A stretch of 37,863 nucleotides of DNA from an uncultured Bacilli bacterium (GCA_947595345.1 CANQEQ010000002.1:1-37863); one strand, 5' to 3'. Positions 1 through 9,298 are shown, counted from the stretch's first letter. A program made the numbers and translations. The notes: a model not told the origin generated them from the letters alone.

Positions 1-2
1 AG

Positions 3-281
3 AATGGAAAATATGCTAAACTTAATTATCAATTATTAAAATATAATAAAAAATTAAATTTAAGTTTACTTGAAGTAAATCTAGAAACTGGTCGTAATCA
101 CCAAATAAGATTACAATTTCAAAGTCGTGGTTATCCTTTATATGGGGACTCTAAATATGGACATGATGCAAATAAAAATTTAGGATTATTTGCTTACAAA
201 TTATCCTTTCCTCACCCAATTAGTAAAGAAATTTTAACTTTTGAAATAAAACCCGACTATGTTCCATTTACAAAATTTTAA
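3..281 (+). CDS. RluA-family pseudouridine synthase, C-terminal fragment (5' end lies outside the window)
   Basis: Frame 3 is open from the window edge to TAA at 279-281. It reads ...LEVNLETGRNHQIRLQFQSRGYPLYGDSKYG...; the TGRxHQIR block is the conserved RluA/RsuA-type motif. Confidence 0.8.
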   Translation, partial: NGKYAKLNYQLLKYNKKLNLSLLEVNLETGRNHQIRLQFQSRGYPLYGDSKYGHDANKNLGLFAYKLSFPHPISKEILTFEIKPDYVPFTKF

Positions 282-286
282 AAAAT

Positions 287-309
287 AAAAAAGTCTTTAA
301 GACTTTTTT
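287..309. terminator. Bidirectional intrinsic terminator between convergent genes
   Basis: There is a 9-bp stem (AAAAAGTC-T / A-GACTTTTT: 287-295 pairs with 301-309) with a 5-nt loop. It is flanked by an A-run on the left and a T-run on the right, so it reads as hairpin plus U-tract on both strands. It sits 3 nt after the minus-strand stop at 313-315. Confidence 0.65.
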
Positions 310-312
310 ATT

Positions 313-1473
313 TTAAGACATTATTTGATATGGACTATTTTTAGTTCCATCACCACTAGCTACTTTACTATCACTTTTTAAAGTAATAGTAGGACAAACC
401 GAAAGATTTTCTGCTTCCTTTTTTATAGTTCCATCAGCTGATACAACTGAATTTGACTTAAGTAGCCAATCACTTTTATTATTATTTACATAACTAGTAC
501 TAGGAGTACTTCCAACAATATTATTATAATCTTCAACAGATAATAAATCAACTGTAGCTTCATTTGACTTAGAAGTTAACATATTTTCTGTATTATTTAA
601 AGTATTTAAGAAATCATTATTTAAGTACTCATTTACTTCAGTTTCAGTATTTTCTACATTATCACCACTATAAACAGTAACTGGTTCTTCACTTACTAAT
701 TTTAAAGATTTATCAGGATTAATTGCCACTACTCTCCATAAATTATTAGAATAATTTACATAATTATAGTTAACACAATCATTATCTCCAACTAAATAAA
801 TTGTTCCATCACTACCTACTTTAGTATTTGAACATTTAGAATCATTAATATTACTATCTAAATTTTCATAAACTAAATCAGTCGTTCCATTATATGCATA
901 TAAATTAACTTTAAAACCAAAAGTCTCACTTACATCATTTTGAGAATAATTCTCGTCTATCCAAGTATATAGGCGATATTTAGTTGTAAAGTCTTGATTA
1001 GTAGAAGTACTATAAATTACTTTACCTTGATTACTACCTTCATATGTAGTATCGTTTAATGAAGAAAACAAAGTAGGTTCTACAATTACATTTCCCTCTT
1101 CATCTGCTAAATATACTTTTACATAATCACTACTTAATGTATTATCACTATTAGGTGTTAAATAAATTTCATAATTGATATTTTCATTATTTTTTGATTC
1201 TCCAGAGATTGAAAAATCAATATAAGATAATTTATCTAAATTATCTGTTGCATATGTATCACTTAAAGGATAAGCACTTTTTAAATTTATAACTCGTGTT
1301 CCCTTTGAATAATTCATTATTAAACTTGCATTTCTTAACGTTATATTATAGCTTCTTGAACCTACTTTAGAATAAGTAAAAAATGCATATGCTGACCCCA
1401 TTAATAAGACTAACATAATAGCTAAACTCAATACCAAAATTTTTTTATGATTGTTAGTTTTTATATTTTCCAT
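313..1473 (-). CDS. Secreted or membrane-anchored protein of unknown function
   Basis: 386-aa ORF. The N-terminus KKILVLSLAIMLVLLMGSAYAFFTYSK is a basic-hydrophobic segment ending in AYAFFT, reminiscent of SipW-dependent (TasA/camelysin-type) signal peptides. The remainder is N/S/T/Y-rich with beta-type composition. No catalytic motif recognised. Confidence 0.6.
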   Translation of the reverse strand: MENIKTNNHKKILVLSLAIMLVLLMGSAYAFFTYSKVGSRSYNITLRNASLIMNYSKGTRVINLKSAYPLSDTYATDNLDKLSYIDFSISGESKNNENINYEIYLTPNSDNTLSSDYVKVYLADEEGNVIVEPTLFSSLNDTTYEGSNQGKVIYSTSTNQDFTTKYRLYTWIDENYSQNDVSETFGFKVNLYAYNGTTDLVYENLDSNINDSKCSNTKVGSDGTIYLVGDNDCVNYNYVNYSNNLWRVVAINPDKSLKLVSEEPVTVYSGDNVENTETEVNEYLNNDFLNTLNNTENMLTSKSNEATVDLLSVEDYNNIVGSTPSTSYVNNNKSDWLLKSNSVVSADGTIKKEAENLSVCPTITLKSDSKVASGDGTKNSPYQIMS

Positions 1474-1541
1474 ATTACCAACCTATCCTTATAATATATA
1501 TTTTAGCAAATATTATTTTATTTTTCAATAGAAATATGATA

Positions 1542-1985
1542 TTATTTGAATTTATATTTGTTAAGTTTACTTGCTTCTCTTTTTAAATCTCTTTCTTTAA
1601 TTGTTTCTCTTTTATCATAATTTTTCTTACCTTTACAAAGTCCTAATAAGATTTTTACTTTATTTTTCTTAAAATATAACTTCAAAGGTATTAAAGTTAA
1701 GCCTTCTTTACTTACTTTATCATTTAATTTTAAAATCTCGTTTTTATGAAGTAAAAGTTTTCTACTTCTAGTTTCTAAATGATTAAAGATATTACCTTCC
1801 TTGTAAGGCGATATATGCATATTAATAAGAAAGACTTCCCCTTTTCTTATAACACCATAGCTATCTTTTAAGTTAACTTTTCCAAGTCTTATAGATTTAA
1901 TCTCGGTTCCCATTAAAGAAATTCCACACTCTAGTTCTTCTAAAATAAAATAGTTATATCTTGCTTCTTTATTTAAAACCTCCAT
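1542..1985 (-). CDS. smpB: SsrA-binding protein SmpB
   Basis: 147 aa. NKEARYNYFILEELECGISLMGTEIKSIR... and the basic C-terminal tail are typical of SmpB. A GGAGGG SD precedes the ATG, and the gene follows the rnr region as in other Firmicutes. Confidence 0.93.
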   Translation of the reverse strand: MEVLNKEARYNYFILEELECGISLMGTEIKSIRLGKVNLKDSYGVIRKGEVFLINMHISPYKEGNIFNHLETRSRKLLLHKNEILKLNDKVSKEGLTLIPLKLYFKKNKVKILLGLCKGKKNYDKRETIKERDLKREASKLNKYKFK

Positions 1986-3164
1986 TTAACCCTCCAAACT
2001 TTTGACCTTAACTTGATTAGAATAAGCAGTTACTACTTTACTATATTTAGTATAATAACTTTTGTAATTATTTAAAATTCCATTATTTAATTTATCATAT
2101 GGATAAACAATATATCCGTTATTACGGTCTGTATAAATTAAGGTTCCTTCTATATTATCAAAAGAAATAGTCGTCTTTCCATGATAATCAACTTTTTTAA
2201 TATTTAAAGATAACATAAGTCCAGTTAGACGTTCAACACCAATTTGACTAGATACAAAATTACCTAATGAATAAATTACTAAAGTATCTCCAATATATTC
2301 AATTGGTTCAATTACATGAGGATGACATCCAATTATTAAATCAACTCCTAAATCAGCTAAATATTTAGCTATTTCCTTTTGAGCTGTGGTTGGATAAGTC
2401 ATATATTCTGTACCCCAGTGCATAGCAACAATTAATAAATCAACTTTATCTCTATATCTTTCTATTTCTTTTTTTATTAAATCTTTATCATAGACATTAA
2501 CTAAATATTCTTTTCCTTTAGGCACGATTAAACCATTAGTATAAGTTGTATAAGACAAAAATCCATACTTTATACCATTTACTTCTTGAATATGTACCTC
2601 ATCTCTTTCTTCAAAAGAAGAATATGAACCGGCTGCTATAACATTTTCTTTTTGATTCCAATATTTTCTAGAATTTAAAACACCCTTCTCACCCTTATCA
2701 ATGGTATGATTAGTAGCAAGGGATACCATATTAAATCCAGCATCTAAAAAAGCATCTCCTACTTCAATTGGGGAATTAAACATTGGATAAGTTGAAAGAC
2801 CTAACTCAACTCCTCCTAAAATTGTCTCTTGATTATAATAAGCTAAATCATAATTTTCTACAATAGGTTTAATATATTTTAACATAGGTTTAAAATCATA
2901 ACCTTTATAGTTAGCATAACGATGGGCTGTTTGATATACTGTTCCGTGAATTAAGGCATCTCCTACCATAATTAAACTAGCTTCACTCTCTTTTTTAGTA
3001 TTAACAGTTTTATAAGTAATTTTAACTTCTTTATTAGCTAAACCATCTCTACGAGAAAAATATATTCCTATATATGATGAAATAATAACTAAAACGGTAA
3101 CTATTAAAAGATTTCTAATACCTCTTTTTAACTTTTTCTTCTTTCCCTTTTTCACACATATCAC
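1986..3164 (-). CDS. CapA/PGA_cap family metallophosphatase-like membrane-anchored protein
   Basis: Lys-rich N-terminus plus one TM segment (LLIVTVLVIISSYIGIYF), then the motifs MVGDALIHG, ATNHTIDKG, HWGTEY, GCHPHV and SLGNFVS typical of the CapA family. The track start at 3164 is GTG. An alternative GTG at 3155 is better spaced from AAAGGGTG. Confidence 0.82.
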   Translation of the reverse strand: MICVKKGKKKKLKRGIRNLLIVTVLVIISSYIGIYFSRRDGLANKEVKITYKTVNTKKESEASLIMVGDALIHGTVYQTAHRYANYKGYDFKPMLKYIKPIVENYDLAYYNQETILGGVELGLSTYPMFNSPIEVGDAFLDAGFNMVSLATNHTIDKGEKGVLNSRKYWNQKENVIAAGSYSSFEERDEVHIQEVNGIKYGFLSYTTYTNGLIVPKGKEYLVNVYDKDLIKKEIERYRDKVDLLIVAMHWGTEYMTYPTTAQKEIAKYLADLGVDLIIGCHPHVIEPIEYIGDTLVIYSLGNFVSSQIGVERLTGLMLSLNIKKVDYHGKTTISFDNIEGTLIYTDRNNGYIVYPYDKLNNGILNNYKSYYTKYSKVVTAYSNQVKVKSLEG

Positions 3165-5301
3165 CCTTTTCTAAAATAAAATCAATTCTACCAAGACTAG
3201 GCTCAGCACTTAAAACTTTTATTTTTAGCTTAGTTCCTATTCCATAGATTAAATTAGTAGATGTTTCAACCAAACACTCTGTATTTTCATTATATATAAA
3301 ATTACCATCTAAACTTTCAACTCTAATCATTCCTTCAATTAATTTATCAGGCAATAATACATACATTCCATAACTTTTAACTCCGGATACTATTCCTTCA
3401 AACTCTTCTCCAATATGGCTTTGCATATATTCAGCCATCTTCATATCATTTACAACTCTTTCACACTTATCACTAGCAATTTCTCTTTCACTAGAATGAA
3501 GAGCAATCTCGTCAAGTATACTTTCAAAATGATTAACTATTTCTTCGGTTACGCCTTTTTTACTAAATAAATAAGCTCTTAAAAGTCTATGAACGGTTGT
3601 ATCAGGGTATCTTCTAATTGGAGATGTAAAATGTAAGTAATTCCTAATAGCCAAAGCAAAATGTCCAATATTTATAGTTTGATATTTAGCTTTATCCATA
3701 CAACTTATAATCAAAGTTGAAAGAACAATATAAACATCTAAATCTTTTATTTTATCTAATATTCTTTGAATAGTATGTTGATTAACATTATTCAAGTTTT
3801 CTTTTATATTAATACCAAGTAAACTTAAAGTACTAACAAATTTTCGTAATCTATCAATATTAACTTCACCATGAACCCGATAAATAGTTGGTAAATCCAT
3901 ATTAGAAAACCAAGTAGCTACACATTCATTAGCAACAATCATAAAATCTTCAATTAAATTTTCTCCAGCTCCCCGATAACGTTTTTTAATATCTATAACT
4001 TGTCCATTCTCATCTACTACAATTTTAGCCTCTTCCGTTTCAAAATCTACATAACCTTTTCTTATTTTATAAGCCCGAATAATTTTAGATAATTCATACA
4101 TTTTTCTTAAGGTAGGAGCAAATTCTTCATAACCTTCTGGAACAACATTTTCTTCTAATATTTGATTAACTTTATTATAAGTCATTTGAATTCTTGACTT
4201 AATAACTGACTCAAATAAATTGAAATCAACTATTTTTCCATCTTTACTTATCTCAGCGACACAAGAAATAGCTAATCTATCAACACCAGGATTTAAAGAA
4301 CAAATACCATTAGATAACTTATGAGGAAGCATTGGTACTACTCTATCTGCTACATAAACACTTGTCCCTCTATTTCTAGCTTCCAAGTCAAGTGGTGTAT
4401 TTTCTTTTACATAGTAACTTACATCAGCTATATGAACTCCCAAAGAATAATTCCCATTAGGAAGTTCTTTTAAACTAATAGCATCATCTATATCTTTAGT
4501 ATCGTCACCATCTATTGTAAATATTTCTTCTTCCCTTAAATCAACTCTTCCCTTTAAATCCTTTTCAGATACTTCATTTGGAATACTCTCTAACTCGTCT
4601 AAAACTTCTTTTGGAAATTCAACATTAAAATCATTTTCAGCTAAAACAGCTAAAATATCACCATCTGGGTCATTTTTATGAGCAACATGCTTAAGCATAC
4701 TAGCAACTGGCGTTTTAGAACTATTATCGGTTATTTTTATTTTTATAATATCTCCATCAACTAAATCTTTTATTCCTTCGCCTTCTAATCTAATTTTACT
4801 TTTATCTTTAGAATTTCTAAGAATACAATATGGAATATTCTTAATTATAACAACTTCAGCAATTAAAGACTTCGGATTTCTTTTAATAATTTTTACAATT
4901 TCTCCTTGATAATTATGTTTTAAATCTTTATCCTTAACAACATTTACTAAAACCATATCTCCATTTAGGGCACTATTCTTGTAAACCTCGGGAATAAAAA
5001 TATCACTTTCTAAATTAGCAACACTTACAAAGCCATAACTACCATCTTTAATACTTTGAAATATTCCTTTATACATATGAGTAGCTAAATCACTATCCGT
5101 GAAGTTCATATAACGACCATGCTTAGTAATATACAAATCATACTCTTCTGCCATAGTCCTTAAAACTTCCATAATTAGTTCGTCATCTTCTTTTCCATAA
5201 TTAAGTTCTTTTAATATATCAATTCCCTCACGAGCTTTTTTATCACTTAATAAATTCTTAATTTCTTCTTTAATCATCTCTTTTTTTTGTTCAATATTCA
5301 T
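3115..5301 (-). CDS. rnr: Ribonuclease R
   Basis: 728 aa. RNB catalytic region (TIDGDDTKDIDDAISL, RGTSVYVADRVVPMLP), cold-shock-like N-terminal OB folds and a C-terminal S1 domain (EFEGIVSGVKSYGMYVLL). The last 50 nt overlap the capA-like ORF. Confidence 0.93.
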   Translation of the reverse strand: MNIEQKKEMIKEEIKNLLSDKKAREGIDILKELNYGKEDDELIMEVLRTMAEEYDLYITKHGRYMNFTDSDLATHMYKGIFQSIKDGSYGFVSVANLESDIFIPEVYKNSALNGDMVLVNVVKDKDLKHNYQGEIVKIIKRNPKSLIAEVVIIKNIPYCILRNSKDKSKIRLEGEGIKDLVDGDIIKIKITDNSSKTPVASMLKHVAHKNDPDGDILAVLAENDFNVEFPKEVLDELESIPNEVSEKDLKGRVDLREEEIFTIDGDDTKDIDDAISLKELPNGNYSLGVHIADVSYYVKENTPLDLEARNRGTSVYVADRVVPMLPHKLSNGICSLNPGVDRLAISCVAEISKDGKIVDFNLFESVIKSRIQMTYNKVNQILEENVVPEGYEEFAPTLRKMYELSKIIRAYKIRKGYVDFETEEAKIVVDENGQVIDIKKRYRGAGENLIEDFMIVANECVATWFSNMDLPTIYRVHGEVNIDRLRKFVSTLSLLGINIKENLNNVNQHTIQRILDKIKDLDVYIVLSTLIISCMDKAKYQTINIGHFALAIRNYLHFTSPIRRYPDTTVHRLLRAYLFSKKGVTEEIVNHFESILDEIALHSSEREIASDKCERVVNDMKMAEYMQSHIGEEFEGIVSGVKSYGMYVLLPDKLIEGMIRVESLDGNFIYNENTECLVETSTNLIYGIGTKLKIKVLSAEPSLGRIDFILEKGDMCEKGKEEKVKKRY

Positions 5302-5410
5302 AAAGCACCAACTTTCATATTTAGTATAGCATTTTTTTACAATTAAACAAAGTATTTTCTTATAAAAATAAATTAAAAAAATAGTTTATATCTAAACTTT
5401 TAAATTTTAG

Positions 5411-6115
5411 TTATAAACTATTAATCTTCTCTTTAAGTTCTGTTTCACTATCTAAATCTAGAAGTAAAGAAGCTTCTCTATTCTTTTTATCTTCTAAATC
5501 TAAGTTTTTAAGTAAATAATCCATTATATCTTCTAGTTTCTTAGTTGTATTTTCACGTTCTTTAAATGATAAATCTAAAGTTACTTCTTGCATTTTCTTA
5601 ATTACTTCAAGCTTATCTATATTAGAAACATCTAAGTAATCTATACTTTTCGTTAAATAATCTATAAAATCTAAGACATATTCATTATATAAAGAAACTG
5701 AATTATTTAAAGTATTATCTTGAAGTTCTATACTTTTAGGCTCCATCTCTTTTTCTTTTTGGTAATTTGTATCAAACTTAGCATGCAAATATTTAAGTAT
5801 TAACTTTCCTTTTGTTTTAATTATTTTATAAAACTCTTTAACAAAGATAAAAGTATACTTAAATAAACTATATATTAAGTTAATACCAATAAGGGAGTTA
5901 AATAAAATAAAAATTGTAATAATACCTACTAAAATAAATAGAAAAACTAAAATAATTGTAAATATTTTTCCTTGATTTATATCATTTTTTAAATCAAAAC
6001 GTTCATATATTCCATCATATAATTTTTTATACATATCCTGCATTTTTTCTATGATGTTAAATAAATTAAATTCTCTATCCGAACGTTTTATTTTCTTATC
6101 TTTCCTCTTTTTCAT
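5411..6115 (-). CDS. Hypothetical membrane protein (two central TM helices, acidic coiled-coil-like C-terminus)
   Basis: 234-aa ORF with an AAAGGGGA SD and a hydrophobic core IFTIILVFLFILVGIITIFILFNSLIGINLIYSLF. No recognisable family motif. Confidence 0.55.
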   Translation of the reverse strand: MKKRKDKKIKRSDREFNLFNIIEKMQDMYKKLYDGIYERFDLKNDINQGKIFTIILVFLFILVGIITIFILFNSLIGINLIYSLFKYTFIFVKEFYKIIKTKGKLILKYLHAKFDTNYQKEKEMEPKSIELQDNTLNNSVSLYNEYVLDFIDYLTKSIDYLDVSNIDKLEVIKKMQEVTLDLSFKERENTTKKLEDIMDYLLKNLDLEDKKNREASLLLDLDSETELKEKINSL

Positions 6116-6140
6116 ACCAATTCCCCTTTTTTTAGGACAT

Positions 6141-6169
6141 ATTATATAATAAAACGTTTAAAATTGCAA
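6141..6169 (-). promoter_or_regulatory. Sigma-A-type promoter for the 5411-6115 gene
   Basis: On the minus strand, TTGCAA (6169-6164), a 17-nt spacer and TATAAT (6146-6141). It lies about 25 nt upstream of the SD/ATG at 6115. Confidence 0.5.
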
Positions 6170-6178
6170 ATATTTAAT

Positions 6179-6952
6179 TTATTTTAAAGTTTTCTTTAAA
6201 GTTTTTATAGCATTTTTTTCAAGTCTTGATACTTGAGCTTGACTAATTCCAAGTTCACTGGCAATTTCCATTTGAGTTTTTCCAATTATATATCTTTTAT
6301 CTAATATATTTCTTTCTCTTTCGGTTAAATCATTTATAGCTTTTTTTAAAGCTAATTTAGTTTCTAAATCAGTATCATTCTTTTTATCTTCTAATTGTTC
6401 GTATAAATAAATAGTATCTCCTCCATCTGAATAAATTGGTTCAAATATACTAATCGGGTCAGCTAAAGCTTCAATGCTTGCTAAAATTGCATTAGCATCT
6501 TCTCCTAATTCCTTAGCTATTACTTCAATACTTGGAACATAACCTAAAGTATTTGTAAGTTCATCTCGTTTATTAATAGCTTTATAAGCTAAATCTTTAA
6601 TACTTCTACTTACTCTAAGCAAACTATTATCTCTTAAATATCTTCTTATTTCCCCACTTATCATAGGAATAGCATAGGTTGATAACTTAAGTCCTAAATC
6701 AACATTAAAATTATCTATTGCCTTAGTAAGACCAATTACTCCTACTTGAAATAAATCGTCTAAATTATCACATTTAGTAGCATATTTTTTTAAAATTGAT
6801 AAAACTAATTTTAAGTTTCCATTTATAAGTCTTTCTTTAGCTTTTAAATCTCCAGCATGAAATTTATTAAATAATTCTAAAGTTTCAGTACTTGTTAATA
6901 CTTCAAGTTCATTGGTATTTACTCCTGTAATTTCAACTTTATTTCTTGCCAA
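6179..6952 (-). CDS. sigG: Sporulation (forespore) sigma factor SigG-like, sigma-70 family
   Basis: ARNKVEITGVNT..., LINGNLKLVLSILKKY, DDLFQVGVIGLTKAIDNF, STYAIPMISGEIRRYLRDN, DPISIFEPIYSDGGDTIY and ISQAQVSRLEKNAIKTL closely track B. subtilis SigG blocks. I place the start at TTG 6952, which has an AAAGGAG SD 8 nt upstream. The track ATG at 6970 has no SD. Confidence 0.85.
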   Translation of the reverse strand: MARNKVEITGVNTNELEVLTSTETLELFNKFHAGDLKAKERLINGNLKLVLSILKKYATKCDNLDDLFQVGVIGLTKAIDNFNVDLGLKLSTYAIPMISGEIRRYLRDNSLLRVSRSIKDLAYKAINKRDELTNTLGYVPSIEVIAKELGEDANAILASIEALADPISIFEPIYSDGGDTIYLYEQLEDKKNDTDLETKLALKKAINDLTERERNILDKRYIIGKTQMEIASELGISQAQVSRLEKNAIKTLKKTLK

Positions 6953-6973
6953 AATAAAATCTCCTTTCATATC

Positions 6974-7002
6974 TATAATGATAATTAAGAAGATTTTTAT
7001 AC
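6974..7002 (-). promoter_or_regulatory. Forespore sigma-F/G-type promoter in front of sigG
   Basis: On the minus strand, GTATA (7002-6998), a 17-nt spacer and CATTATA (6980-6974). This matches the forespore consensus of approximately GnATR at -35 and CATnnTA at -10. The predicted TSS is near 6967, just before the AAAGGAG SD. Confidence 0.45.
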
Positions 7003-7005
7003 AAA

Positions 7006-8067
7006 TTAAGTTTTAAATATATATTTTTTTTGAATACGATAACCTATAAAATAAATCGTAACATCAACTATTATTTTAAGTAAAGTTTCTAAAACATTTG
7101 GAAAAATATTATGTAAAAGCATTACACAAATAGCTGAAGTTGTCATAGTTCCAAAGGTATAGAAATAAAACTTTACAAGAATTTTATCACTTCTTTCATG
7201 ACTATTAAAAACAATATTTTTATTTATATTAAAATTAATAAACCCGGATATTGCTCTTGCAAAAAAAGTTCCCATTATTATTTTAATATTATTATTAAGG
7301 TTAACAAAAGCACTTATAAAAATAGTAAATACAAGCAAATCAACAAAAGACGATAATAAACTAGATAAAGTAAATTTTATATATTCTGTAAATAAAACTT
7401 TATAAATAATAATTGGGTCAAGGGTTTTAATAAACTTTGATTCACTTTTCTTATAATAAATTGTTGTAATAGGTACTTGAATAATCATGATTTTTTCTTT
7501 AACTAGTTTAATTAACATGCTCATTTCATATTCAAATCTATCGCCACTTACTTCAAGTGATAAATTAAGATAACGATTAGGTATTCCTCTTAAGCCAGTT
7601 TGAGTATCTGATATCATTTCTCCATACAATAACTTAAATAAGAAAGAGGTTGTTTTATTTCCAAACCGATTAGGAAAAGGAACTGTTTTTAAATTAAAAT
7701 CCCGAACTCCTAAAATAACACTATCTTGATTTCCAATAAGCTTTATGGCTACATTTATAATATCACTTGGTAAATGTTGATAATCAGCATCAACTGTAAC
7801 AATACCTTTATATAAATTTTTATAATTTTCTAAATAATAATTAATTCCAAACTTTAAGGCTCCACCTTTTCCTTTATTAGAAGCATAACCTATAACATCA
7901 CATATTTCCATACTTTCAAGTTTTAAAAAGATTTTTTCACATGATTTATTAGTACTACCATCATTTACAATTATAATTTTTTTAAAATCTCTACTTAATT
8001 CTGTAACTAACTTTAATAATTTCTGACTAGGATTATAAGCCGGAATTAATATAACTACACCATCCAT
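7006..8067 (-). CDS. Family-2 glycosyltransferase fused to a GtrA-like membrane domain
   Basis: N-terminal ILIPAYNPS...VNDGSTN...TVDADYQH is a GT-A/GT2 DXD fold. The C-terminal ~120 aa contain 4 TM helices (GtrA-like). Confidence 0.85.
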   Translation of the reverse strand: MDGVVILIPAYNPSQKLLKLVTELSRDFKKIIIVNDGSTNKSCEKIFLKLESMEICDVIGYASNKGKGGALKFGINYYLENYKNLYKGIVTVDADYQHLPSDIINVAIKLIGNQDSVILGVRDFNLKTVPFPNRFGNKTTSFLFKLLYGEMISDTQTGLRGIPNRYLNLSLEVSGDRFEYEMSMLIKLVKEKIMIIQVPITTIYYKKSESKFIKTLDPIIIYKVLFTEYIKFTLSSLLSSFVDLLVFTIFISAFVNLNNNIKIIMGTFFARAISGFINFNINKNIVFNSHERSDKILVKFYFYTFGTMTTSAICVMLLHNIFPNVLETLLKIIVDVTIYFIGYRIQKKYIFKT

Positions 8068-8068
8068 A

Positions 8069-9214
8069 CTAAGATATTGTCAATGTTCCCGTAGTAGGAT
8101 AAATCTGAATAAAAGTATTTCCATCAGACACATCTATTTCCTCTCCATTTTCATATTTATAAACAGTTGCTTCAGTACGACTTGGTTTAGTCCAGGTTAT
8201 TGGAATTGCATAACCATTAGTAATATAGTATCCTTTTCCACTTCCAACATTACTTAAATCTTGATGGCCTTTTTTAGATATTGTTGTATATTTAACTGAA
8301 TAAACTATAATATTTTTAAATTTATATTGCTCACCGGTTACTAAATCTGTATGTTTTTGACCACCCATAAAACGATAATAAACTTTCTCATCGCTATTAT
8401 ATTCATAACTTGAAGTTTGATAATAAGAATATTTAATAGAAACTTTATTAGCAACTTTATTATTAGCTATTTTAGATAAATCTACTTCGTCGGTTGTATA
8501 ATTAAGTAAATAATCTTTCTTTCTTTCATTACGATATTTCAAATCAGCTATGGCTTTTTTCAAATTAGCACTAGTTGTAAAAGCAGTATGTTCAATTGAC
8601 CTATTTAAGGTTTTATCACGATAGAAGTATTTATTAGCAAATGTATTTCCATCAATGTCATCAACTCCTAATTTTTTGATGTCATTATAAGCATAAGTTG
8701 AACCACCAAAATGTACATATATAGCATCACTTTCAAGAGCATAATCTAAGTAATTATGTCTAGCACTACGAGCTGAACCGATTTTTTTTACATCTTTATC
8801 TTGAGTATATAAAGCCATCATTCTAGTAATTCCACCTTCAACCATCAACTCATATATAATATAAGCATCACTAAGACCAGCTTGAGGCCAAGCATCATGG
8901 TGATTATTAATCATCATAGCAATAGGACGTCTAGTATCTTCTAAATCAACTATTTGAACTTTAGGTTTTTCTATAGCACTTTCTAAACTCTCTCCTTTAA
9001 CTATTTTATATTTACTTTCTCCATTAAAAGAAATTAATAAAACTCCACCTACTCCAATAAGTAATACTACGGCTATAATTAAAATAATCAAAGTTTTCTT
9101 ATTTAACTTCTTTTTACTTTTTTTATTTTTCTTTGCTTCTTTCTTTTTTTGTTTTTCTCTTTCTTCTACTAACTCTTCATAGTCAGGTTCATAATTATTA
9201 TAATTATCGTTCAT
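8069..9214 (-). CDS. DUF3048 (YerB-like) membrane-anchored protein
   Basis: Poly-Lys cytoplasmic tail plus a TM segment, then RPIAMMINNHHDAWPQAGLSDAYIIYELMVEGGITRMMALY, characteristic of DUF3048. Its stop abuts the GT2 start, consistent with an operon. Confidence 0.78.
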   Translation of the reverse strand: MNDNYNNYEPDYEELVEEREKQKKKEAKKNKKSKKKLNKKTLIILIIAVVLLIGVGGVLLISFNGESKYKIVKGESLESAIEKPKVQIVDLEDTRRPIAMMINNHHDAWPQAGLSDAYIIYELMVEGGITRMMALYTQDKDVKKIGSARSARHNYLDYALESDAIYVHFGGSTYAYNDIKKLGVDDIDGNTFANKYFYRDKTLNRSIEHTAFTTSANLKKAIADLKYRNERKKDYLLNYTTDEVDLSKIANNKVANKVSIKYSYYQTSSYEYNSDEKVYYRFMGGQKHTDLVTGEQYKFKNIIVYSVKYTTISKKGHQDLSNVGSGKGYYITNGYAIPITWTKPSRTEATVYKYENGEEIDVSDGNTFIQIYPTTGTLTIS

Positions 9215-9298
9215 ATTTCCACCTACCTTAATATATTATAAACTAAAACATTTAAAAAGGAAATAGCAGATGGCGAAAATTAGCAAATTTTATTATAA

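Noticed and set aside
1474-1541. Expected tmRNA (ssrA) downstream of smpB
   Set aside because: Only 68 nt separate smpB from the next gene, far too short for a tmRNA, and no tRNA-like acceptor or T-arm sequence is present. ssrA must be elsewhere.
5378-5400. Hairpin AGTTTA/TAAACT after the 5411-6115 gene as a terminator
   Set aside because: It has only 6 A/T-rich base pairs. It is too weak to report as a feature, although a T-run follows it on the minus strand.
6953-6970. ATG at 6970 as the sigG start (track ORF 6179-6970)
   Set aside because: There is no SD upstream of it, and this ATG together with the following codons (ATGAAAGGAG) itself contains the AAAGGAG SD for TTG 6952. The predicted forespore promoter would start transcription at about 6967. 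The TTG start also reproduces the SigG N-terminus.
9100-9214. A/G-rich low-complexity DNA that looked like a tandem repeat
   Set aside because: It simply encodes the Lys/Glu-rich cytoplasmic tail (KQKKKEAKKNKKSKKKLNKK) of the DUF3048 protein. There is no unit periodicity beyond codon repetition.
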